Made by a program: the position numbers and the translations under genes
Part shown: positions 54,249-64,000 of the stretch, in pieces
How the letters are laid out: the number at the start of each line of letters is the position of its first letter
Position numbering within the stretch: position 1 is the first letter of the stretch
Notes under the pieces: model-generated
What the model saw: only the letters and a program-made list of their open reading frames with translations
Database searches by the model: none
Told to the model about the DNA's origin: nothing
From: Eledone cirrhosa
Lineage: Eukaryota
DNA length: 64,000 nucleotides
Reading direction: 5' to 3'
Assembly: GCA_964016885.1 (NCBI GenBank)
Contig: OZ024743.1
Coordinates: 87,172,001-87,236,000 of the forward strand

Positions 54249-56036
54249 GCAATGCCTGAGTCATCATTTCATGTCTGCTCTCCATGCTGGTATAGGTTGG
54301 ACAGGTTGTCATGGCCAGAGACAAGATACTTCAGATACTATGCCTTGCTCATACCTTCCATATTTTGGCATGGTTTCTACGGATGGATACCCTTCCTGAC
54401 ACCAACTACTTTAGAGAGTGTACTACATGCATTTTATTGTGTCACTAGCACTAAAGAGGTTGTTAGATCTTCCACACACCTGAAGAATTCTCTCTACCCT
54501 GTGTTATCTTTGTCCAATTGGTAACCACTTTACAGAGTGTACTGAGTATATTTTACTATGGAACCAACACTAGGGAGGCTATAAAGGCCTCAACAGGGTC
54601 AAAAGATCCTCTTTATCCTATGTTGTTTCAGTTTGTTTGTCAACCTCTTTATGGGAGTTACTGAGTGCATTCCACCAGTATCTGATGCCTGAATATAAAT
54701 ATTGTACAAAATATATAATTTACTAAGTGATGGTGTACTTATTCTTAGGCCTGGTCGAGAAACTTTCTGCTACCACCTTGTATATATGCATAGATATGAC
54801 TAGATGTATGCCAATATATATATAACTGTGTATATGTGTGTATATGTGCAAACATATATATGTATGTGTATTCATACATAACAATATGTTTTCATGTGTG
54901 TATATTGTACATCTTCACATATGTGTATATGAATAAACTGCATTATGTTAAAATGGAATGTAAAGCGCTCTCACAAACACACACATTTACACTCAGATAT
55001 ACACACATACACACAGGTATATACAAAAGAAAAAAAAGAAAAGTAGCAATGTAATAATAATAATAATAATAATGATTTCTAGTATAGACACAAGGCCAGT
55101 AATTTGGGGGGAGGCGAAAGTCGATTAAATCGACCCCAGTGCATTACTGGTGTTTTATTTTATCGACCCCGTAAGGATGAAAGGCAAAGTTAACCTCGGC
55201 AGGATTTGAACTCAGAACATAAAGGGCCATAACTATCTGCTGCAAAGCATGGTGTCTGATGCTCTACTGATTCTGCCAATCCACCAATAATAATAAAGTC
55301 ATTTCAGAAACCAAAATAAATAATGAAATAGAACAAAAAAAAATGTTTATAAAAAAATACATAGAACAAAATAATAAATATTAGTTTTGTTTACCAAATT
55401 AGAGTGTGGCAAGGAGTGTGAAAAGTTGGGAGTTGGAGTTGGTTCAAAGGAGTTTGATGCCCAGGAGCAACATTAAGTAGAACTAATAAAAGATGAATAT
55501 AAAATTTAAAAAATTACTATTTTATGAATAATTCTTTTACATTTTATATTTTTAATAATTATTTTAGGAAAGCCAGAGAATTAGAAAGACAAGAGTGAAT
55601 ATTTGAGTAGATTATAACAAAACAGCAGTTCACACTTTTATTTTATATCACATCTTATTTCCTGTTTTAGAAAAGGAGCCTAAAACCCAAAATATCTAGA
55701 AATATAAGGTAAAAGTGTAAACTGTTGTTTTTTTATGTTTTTCTTCACTCTACTCTAATTTTCACTCTTCTATTTCTAACTTACATTGGACTGGCTTTTT
55801 CAAAACAATCCTGACCATATATTTCATAATTTATATCTTTTATTTAATAAATATTTAATATTTAATAAATAAATAAATAAATAAAATATGAAATTTAAAA
55901 AAAAGCTTTTTCTAAATAAATTTTATATACAAAATTAACGAAATAAACATTTTCTAAATAAATATATAAACAGAAAAGAAAAAAAAAATTTCTCTCCCTT
56001 CTTTTGCAGCTCCAAGAGTTTTTCTTTTCTTTGTTT

Positions 56037-57970
56037 TTATTCCTCATCTGAAGAGTGAAGCCGATCATATTTGACCCTGTCATGATCGAGTTTAAAAGTG
56101 ACATGTTTACGACATGTGAGATCACCATTACAGCCATGAGACATGCTGGAATGTGAACCATTCATGAGGGACACTTGTTGTTGCTGTTGTTCAAGTGATG
56201 ATGAGAGTTCATTTTTAGTCGACCTCCGATGCTGGTTAGAAGCAAGATTCTGCATAATGATGAAACACAAGCAACTAAGAAGGCTCAGGCTAAACATTAT
56301 GTACATCAAAACCATTTTTTGTTTTTTAATGAAGAAACCAGTTATGGCCGGTATTATCATCTCACCCAATGCTGAGCCAACTATCAAAACGGCTGTCGCT
56401 TTTCCTGTCATTGTCATGTAGTTCTCTGCCCATGACATCCCCGTCGGAAACATAGATGAGAGGCCCAGACCAAATATCAAAGTGCCAACCCAGAGGAGAA
56501 CCTGGTAATGACTCAGGCCAAAGGACAGGATTAAACTAGCAAGAAGAACCAATATAATGTTTGTAACTAACATCCAACAAGGGACACAGCATCTGGTAAT
56601 AAATATAGATATACCCCGGCCTGTAGCTAATGCTCCCCAGAACAGTGAAGTCAGCATCACACCATTGTCTTTGCTCCAGTGAAACTGTTCGACAGCAAAG
56701 ATCATTATAAACCCTCCGAATGTAACTTCCATGCCAACATACATGAAAAAAAATATGAAGAGAGCAATGAGAATTTGAATACGAAAGCCCTGGTCCTCAA
56801 AGCAGGATTTGTGCTTCCGGTCACACCTATAGGAGACTGGACTCTGGTAAGATTTATCGTAACAGTAGAGACACATGAAGAATATGCTAATGAGAAAGAG
56901 AAAAACTCCAATAATCATGTAGGCAAACTGGATGTGGGACATTCCCTTCACAGCGTGGATGGCGTTGTTCAACATCTTATCAAATGTCTCTGGCTTTTGA
57001 GGGTGAAACGTAGTCAATGGTGGCCGGTCTGTTGATACTGATTGATTACCAGGGAGAAAATCAAAATGTCCACTTGTTGATCCTGATATATTTCTACTAC
57101 TATTACTACTACTACTACCAGTGGCAGTCATATTAGTAACAGTAATTGCATTGTTGTTTTTTTGCATCATCATATAATTAGTTACAGTCCTTAACTGTAG
57201 CATAGAAGCAAGTGTGGGCTTGATAGATGCTGGAACCACTGTTTTAGTTTCTGTAGTAGTAGCAGTAGCAGTTGTAGTAGTAGTAGCAGCAGCAACATTT
57301 GTTGTTGTCTTCATAGTAGTAATAGTATTAGCAGCAGTGTCAGGTGATGAGCTCACAGTTGAGTAAGAAGTTGGAGTTGCAGTAATATGGACTGCTGATG
57401 CATTAGCAGATGCAGCCAGACTCAATGAGCTGCTTGATGTTGTTATAACACTTTGCGGATTCTCCGATGATTTCTTATTCTTTTCGGCTGATTCTTTAGA
57501 TTGCATCAAATATGTTTTGATGTGTTTGCCATCAGCATAAGTTTTCTTGAGGAATTTCCCGTCTGCACTGTTTGGTTTTTTAGGTCTTGGTGAAGTCGAA
57601 GTGAGGGTCTGTGTCAGAGAATACTGGCTTCTAGAACTGTTACCTGCTGATGCTATGCTACCAGTACCATTATTACCATTACCAAAATATTCAGGAGTCG
57701 TGCCAATGCCACCTGTAGTTTGGTTCCAGATGAGTGGCTGTTCAATATCCCGCAGGTACAATACATGCTGTTTGGCGTCCATACCTGGAAGGTGCACATG
57801 TAGATGTGGATGGGTTATAATTGGTGTTACGTTGTTTGCCATGACAGGGGCAAGAAATGGTTTAGCTAAAAGTGGAGCAATAAATGCACCAATTCCGAAA
57901 GCAAAGTGCATAGCTTGAATGTAAGGTCCACTTTGTTGACCCCAGATTCTCATACAAAAAACATTGCCAC
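56037..57970 (-). CDS. Terminal coding exon of an MFSD4/NaGLT1-like MFS sugar transporter
   Basis: Acceptor ttttcAG at 57972-57971 in phase 1 gives DTG|GNVFCMRIWG; QAMHFAFGIGAFIAP, FFFMYVGMEVTFGGFI, FWGALATGR, GLGLSSMFP, GSALGEMIIP motifs; stop at 56037. Confidence 0.92.
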
Positions 57971-58019
57971 CTGAAAAGATAAAAGGAATAAGTGAAAAAT
58001 TAAGGGTTCAATTTTCAGC

Positions 58020-58308
58020 TAATCTCAGGTCTTGAATAATTGACCCCCTTGCTCATTAATTTTTCAGAGAATCCCCCCCACCCCATTAAATTTTGTTAAT
58101 CTATCATTGGCGAAATTTTATTGAAAGTAATTCATATTGATACAGTAGCTGGAGAATCTAATAATTATTTTATTTTACATTAAAAAACATTATATATGAC
58201 AAAAAAAGGACATTACAAGAAATCCCATATTTATGAACAAACACTGTACAATTACCGATCCTACCCCACTCATTCCAACTCCCTTCTATTATTTGGGACC
58301 TGAGAGCA
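58020..58308. mobile_element. MITE-like element; related copy ~46640-47121
   Basis: Imperfect TIRs tctcaggtcttgaataat / attatttgggacctgaga; shared internal sequence with the second copy. Confidence 0.5.
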
Positions 58309-59992
58309 ATTGATTTCTAATTTAGGCACAAGGCCAGTAAATTTTGGGGAAGGGCAAAGTTGATTAAATCAACCCCAGTACTTGACTGGTACTTGACTGT
58401 GTTATCAACCCTGGAAGGGACAAAGTTAACCTCAGCAGGATTTGAACTCAGAATGCTGAAAGTAATAATGTTGAAGTAATAATAATAATCCTCCTTATCA
58501 TCATCATCATCTAGATTTCAATGATAAAACACAGTACATGTATTTGAAGATGGATGAAACTGAAAATAGGTAGACAGAATAAAGAATGCATTGTGATGTT
58601 GAAGATAGAACATACAGAGAAAAAAAAGATGTGTGTGCCCCAGCATGGCCTCAGTCGGATGGCTGAAACAGGTAAGAGTAAAAGATGGCTAAAAGTGATT
58701 TAAAACCAGAAACAGAAGCCTTAATCTGTGCTTCTCAAGAGCAAGCACTAAGAACCAATTACATTGATATGACAGGTTAACTTGGAAAGTTAAGCAGTTG
58801 TGGCAGCCTTAGGAACAGTAAGTAAAGATCTTGAGAAGTACATTGCACAAATAAGTGGAGCACTTGCAGAAAACAGCACTGCTTGGAACAGCTCAAATAC
58901 TCCAGAGGGGGGTTGAAAATTAAGCTGACACCATAATACATCTTCAGCATTAGAAGCTGAGCTTAACAATAATAAAAACAATGGTTTCTAATATTGGTAC
59001 AAGGCCAGTAATTTGAGGGGAAGTCAATTACATTGACCCCAGTACTTAGCTAGTACTTTAATTTATCAATCCCATAAAGATGAAAGGCAAAGTTGACCTC
59101 AGCTGGATTTGAACTCAGAAAGTAGAAGGTTGTAAAGAAATACTGCCTTCTTCCTTCAGAGTTCAAATTTGATTTCTAATTTAGGAAGAAGGCCAACGAT
59201 TTGTGAGGAGGGAAAAGTTAATTATATCAACCTCAGTACTTTATTGGTACTTTATGTTATCAACTTTGGAAGAATGAAAGGCAAAGTTGACCATGGCAGG
59301 ATTTGAACTGAGAATGTAAAGAGTTAGAACAAATACTACAATGATATTTTGTCTGATAATCTACCAATTCAGGGATTGACTGACTTTTCAGCTAATTACC
59401 TGTGTCTCTAATTTAAATAAATTATGATTTTTATTAAAATAGAAAAGAAGACAGTAGATTAGCAAGAATTGATCCCATGACCTTAAGTCCAACACCTCAA
59501 CCACTAAGCTGTGTGTCTTCACCATCCACCAATAAATTCACACAAAAATAGAAAATATACAGAAATGTGTTAGTACTTTTGATACCAAACCACCTGAAAC
59601 GGCCCAGGATTTTATTAAATTCATCCAAATATATTTTCTGCTTTCTTTTTAAACATATATAAAAATGTGTATTTAAGCTTTTTGATATGAAATCATCTGA
59701 AACCATGCTTGATTCAACAATGCAAAAGCTTCATTAGATTATGTTCCAAACACCAGAATGAGAAGATTACTTATGATACTAAATACCTTCAAATTCTTGA
59801 TTATTTTCAAAATTATTTGAAACCTGGCGCAAATAAGACCACCAAAACTACAATATGGTGACAGGTATGAAAAGAACATACTACGCATTCAGGCCGAAGA
59901 TAGAATAGCAAAATTTAATAAGGAGAGGAGGGCATTATTCAAGACCTGAGAGTATTTCATTAGAAATATGGTAATAAAACATGTTAACTCAC

Positions 59993-60278
59993 CTGTGTCC
60001 AAAACTCCCATAGCAATTCCTTGAAAGGAGATCATGACAGCAAGAACAACAAGAGAGGTACACCATGGTGCTGTAATGGTGGCCACAGACGTGAGGAGAA
60101 GGGTGTAGGACAGTTGCAGCTGCTGGTCAAAATGGTCAAAGAGAAATCCTCCTAGGATAGAACCCAGTAGGTACCCGACTGAACGCGCTGTGAAAATGTA
60201 GGAGATGTACTCGATGGTTGTGCCTACTCGTTCTTTCAAGTCAAGTAATGTTACCCCAGGTACAGCCAAACAAAGTCC
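59993..60278 (-). CDS. Internal coding exon of the same MFSD4-like gene
   Basis: ctgtAG|GGA CTT TGT...GAC ACA G|GTgagt; 286 nt (phase 0 to 1); GLCLAVPGVTLLDL...ARSVGYLLGSILGGFLFD...QGIAMGVLDTG. The upstream exon was not found in the window. Confidence 0.92.
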
Positions 60279-60382
60279 CTACAGATATAGGATAGAAACC
60301 CAAAAAAAACAAAAAACAATTATAACAGTTAAAACTATGTTGTGTCTGATTGAGAGAAAGCAAGAGTGTATTTGAATACATC

Positions 60383-60783
60383 TAAAAATGAGAAAATTCA
60401 TCGCTAGAACAGCTGTTAAAACAGCTAAATGCTGTCAAAGACAGCATTGGACAAAAATGCCTCAGTGGACAGAGACCAGTGGCCAGTGGTCAACAGAGAG
60501 ACAATCCACAAGATGGGGGACAGGCAGATGAAATATAGAAAAGACTTTTTTTAGTTTCTTCTTCCGGTCATTTCTGTGTGCCAGTACACTTCTCCTTCTC
60601 CCCCCCCCTCCCCTCATATTTCAGTCTTTTCTATAGTTCATCTGCCTGTCCCCCACCTTGTGAATTATCTCTCTGTTGACCACTGGCTGCTGGTCTCTGT
60701 CCTCTGAGGCATTTTTTCCCATCATTATCTGTGACAACATTTAGATGTTTTAATGGCTGTTCTAATGAGTTTTCCCATTTTTA
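60383..60783. repeat. Diverged intronic inverted repeat, ~160-bp arms
   Basis: 60383-60546 mirrors 60624-60783. Confidence 0.88.
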
Positions 60784-61419
60784 TGTGCAATTATAATAGT
60801 ATATACCACAAGTTCTCAACCCAAAATCATGAAACGCCCCCCCCTACTCTATTTTTCCCTTTTTCAATATACTACTGATTTTGATATCAGTAGATTACTA
60901 AAAAATTGATTAACAATATTCCAAAGATACCATTGCAGGCAGCTGAAAGTATAAATACATTCCTTGAAAGGAAATATATAAATTTCAAAAACAGGAACAT
61001 AAATGTTCTTTTTTATGAATAAGGACCAGTTGGATTTGTTATATCCCCACCAGGTGATACCAGCTATTTTGAACATTTATACAAGAACAACTCTGTCTAT
61101 CACAAGTGTGCTCTTATCTGGAAGAAAGTGGCAATTATATCATTTCAAAGCTTTAATGAAACGGACAGGATAAATGTTGATATCTAACTTGATGTCACCT
61201 CCGCTTTGTGAGCTTAGAGACCACGGCAGAGGGTTTTCATGACCATATAAGAGGGTATATTTATTAGTAAGTGGTAAAAGATATACAACAAATGAGTAAG
61301 TGAATTGAAGTAGATGGTTTCCAGTCCAGTCAGACTGCAAGTACAAATAAAAAATTGTTAGTTTGCTTTGTAACAATAGCATATCCAAATTTTCGGATAA
61401 ATCAACTTTAACTTTGACC

Positions 61420-62472
61420 TTATTTCCATAGGACCCTTGAGCTTCATGGAGTCTAGCTAACTCTTTGATGCCAGGCTGCATTTTCGTAAGATGTAGCCGG
61501 AGATCTCCACGTGTAATTACATTGTAGCAGTTGCGAGCCTTACTGTACAGTCTGGAAACAGCGCCAAACCTCCTCTCGACTAAGTATGAGCTTGGAAAAG
61601 GCAGAGCAAATCTCTTAGCCTCTGCATGTAGGTGTGGAAATCGACGCTGAATTTCCTCTTGCATCCCAAAAAGGGGTTCACCTATTTTGGGAAATCTAAT
61701 TTTGATCATGTCATCTGCTTGAAGTTCAATGAATTCTTCCTGAAATTTAACGTCCAAATCATCGACGTTAGCTATGAAGGGATCTGCTATCCACATTGGG
61801 ATGTCCATCGGCAAAAGGTCGACTAACCATTCTCTCATGTTGTCTTGTAGCGCACGGAGGTGAGTGGTATAAATTTGGAGTTGGTCACCGCTTACAATGT
61901 TTTGAACATTGGCAAAACTAGGAAAATTATAGAATTCCCGTCAACAAAGATTCTTTTCGATGACATTCAATTTGTCCAGGAATGTTTTCACAGCATTCCT
62001 TGCTTTAAGCAAGGTAATCTTCTTCCCCTGCAAAGCCAAAATGACGCTATTGCATTTGTCGAAGATGTCGGTGAGGTAGGCGCAGTCTTGCCTCACATCG
62101 AGGGTTTTCTTGTACAGTTCTGTGTTGCGTCCTCGCAGAAACTCAATGATAAGAATCGAAGAGTTCAAAGAAGTGAGTAAGGCACTTACCCTTTCAAAGC
62201 CACCTCACTTCAGTATGAAGGAGCAACTTGACGAATTCCTCGTCATTATCTTGGCACAGTTGCCAGAAAATTTGTTCATTGAGGGAAATCCGTTTGATAA
62301 AATTGATGACATCAATGGCCACCTGCAAGGACTTGCTCAGTGGCTTGCTGAGTTTCTTCGCAGCCAAGTGTTGTCGATGAATGACACAATGAACAGCAAA
62401 TACAGATAGATTTTCTCTCTTCAGAAGCCTTATGTTGGCCGACCCATTGCTCTTGCGTCGTCCGTAGCACAT
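61420..62472 (-). mobile_element. hAT (Buster/SCAND3-like) transposase remnant in intron
   Basis: VHCVIHRQHLAAK, LLLHTEVRWL, AYLTDIFDKCN...LQG, PFPSSYLVERRFGAV...RGDLRL. Confidence 0.85.
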
Positions 62473-62477
62473 GATAC

Positions 62478-62850
62478 AATGTGTGTTGTATGTGGTCTTA
62501 GATGTATGTATTACCTGCCTGTGTGTTGCATGTGGTCCTAGATGTATGTATTACCTGCTTATGTATTGCATGTGGTCCTCGCTGTATGTATTACCTGCTT
62601 GTGTGTTGTATGTGGTCCTAGATGTTTGTATTACCTGTTTATGTGTTGTATGTGGTCCTAGATGTATGTATTACCTGCCTGTGTGTGCTACTTCCTTATG
62701 TGTTGCATGTGCTCCTAGATGTGTGTATTACCTGCTTATGTGTTGTATATGGTCCTAGTGTGTGTATTACCTGCTTATGTGTTGTATGTGGTCCTAGATG
62801 TGTGTATTATCTGATTATGTGTTGTATGTGGTCCTAGATTTGTGTGCTAC
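62478..62850. repeat. Minisatellite, ~40-bp unit
   Basis: tgtgttgtatgtggtcctagatgtatgtattacctgc repeated about 9 times. Confidence 0.93.
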
Positions 62851-63647
62851 CCGCTGTGTTTTTTCTTTTCTTTTTTTATTTGTAATATTATTTATACAAT
62901 AGGGAATAAAATAGATTTACATAATGTTAACTCGTTACAGTTGAGTCAATAACTTCAGACATGAAATACATTGTTATCGGTGAAGGAAAGACAAGATTCT
63001 AATTGGCTGCGCTCAAAGTGTCCTTGACTCAGTTGACTGTGGGTTTTTCCATTTTTAGGATCTCAATTATCGGTTAATGTCTAGAGACGCCTGCACACCT
63101 GCAGTCAGACCATAGTTATGCTGTCGGCATTCTCGTTCAAATGCATTCAAACTGTCTCAAAGAATATAAATATGGCTTATAAAACTTACCAAAGTAAAGA
63201 GCCTTCCAGTCCCCACCCCTCCAAACGGCCCCTAACCTCCCCCTTGCTCCCAAACGCCCCCCCCCCCCCCCCCCGAGAACCTTTGGTATATACCAACATT
63301 ACAATAGTATATAATAGCCATCCATAGAATAAAATGCACCCAGTATACTCTGTAAAGTGGCAGAAAATTGGTAGAGTTGTTAAAACATTGGAGAGAATGC
63401 TTTGTGGTATTCGCTTTGACTCTTTGTGCTCTCAGTTCAAATCCTGTCAGGGTCAACTTTGCCTTTTATCCTTTTGAGGTTAATAAAAAAAAAATACCAG
63501 TTCATTAATGGGGTTGATTCTTCCTTTATATCTCTTTCACTCTTTCTATGGAAGACATCAGCTGTGTTCATAGATGGAGAGAGTTGAGCTTTGCCAGGTT
63601 AAAAATGTTCCTATAACTCCATTAGAGTTATGGGTTCATACATACAT

Positions 63648-63992
63648 ATACTCTGTAAAGTGGTAATGATGGTGCCATGATAAAATGCACCCAATACACT
63701 CTGTTAAATGGTAGTACAGGTACCACAATAAAATGCATCCAATACACTGTCAAATGGTAGTGCAGGTATCAATAAAATGCATCCATTACACTGTCAAATG
63801 GTAGTGCAGGTATCACAATAAAATGCATCCAATACACTGTCAAATGGTAGTGCAGGTGCCACAATAAAATGCATCCAATATACGTGTGAAATGGTAGTGC
63901 AGGTACCACAATAAAATGCACCCAATATACTGTGTAAAATGATAATGATGGTGCCATGATAAAATGCTCCCAGTACACTCTGTAAAGTGGTA
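63648..63992. repeat. Minisatellite, ~45-bp unit
   Basis: ctgtcaaatggtagtgcaggtaccacaataaaatgcatccaataca-like unit repeated about 7 times. Confidence 0.9.
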
Positions 63993-64000
63993 CTGCTGTA

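Noticed and set aside
62478-62850. CRISPR-like periodic array
   Set aside because: Head-to-tail units with no unique spacers, eukaryotic context, no cas genes.
60280-64000. First coding exon or promoter of the MFSD4-like gene
   Set aside because: No frame encoding a plausible TM1 with a phase-0 donor identified; probably beyond the window.

Overview
Eukaryotic, AT-rich, microsatellite-dense animal DNA. The SINE types and repeat landscape suggest a cephalopod (octopus-like) genome, but that is an inference. Only one host gene is supported: the last two coding exons of an MFSD4/NaGLT1-like MFS transporter on the minus strand (60278-59993 and 57970-56037), with a very long Ser/Thr-rich loop. 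The rest is transposon debris: a Tx1-type LINE, R4/Dong-type, CRE-type and RTE-type LINE fragments, three Penelope-like elements (PLEs) with inverted pseudo-LTRs, three Helitrons, hAT and mariner remnants, MITEs and many SINEs. The main unexplained structure is a dense array of short palindromic cassettes separated by (TA)n tracts. Read by eye, many fold into type I hammerhead ribozymes (HHRs) from at least seven unrelated sequence families. Two families carry the compensatory U3-A8 core (UUGANAA instead of CUGANGA). PLE-associated minimal hammerheads are known in general. Their density, diversity and core variants here deserve testing. All folds were done manually, and no activity is demonstrated.
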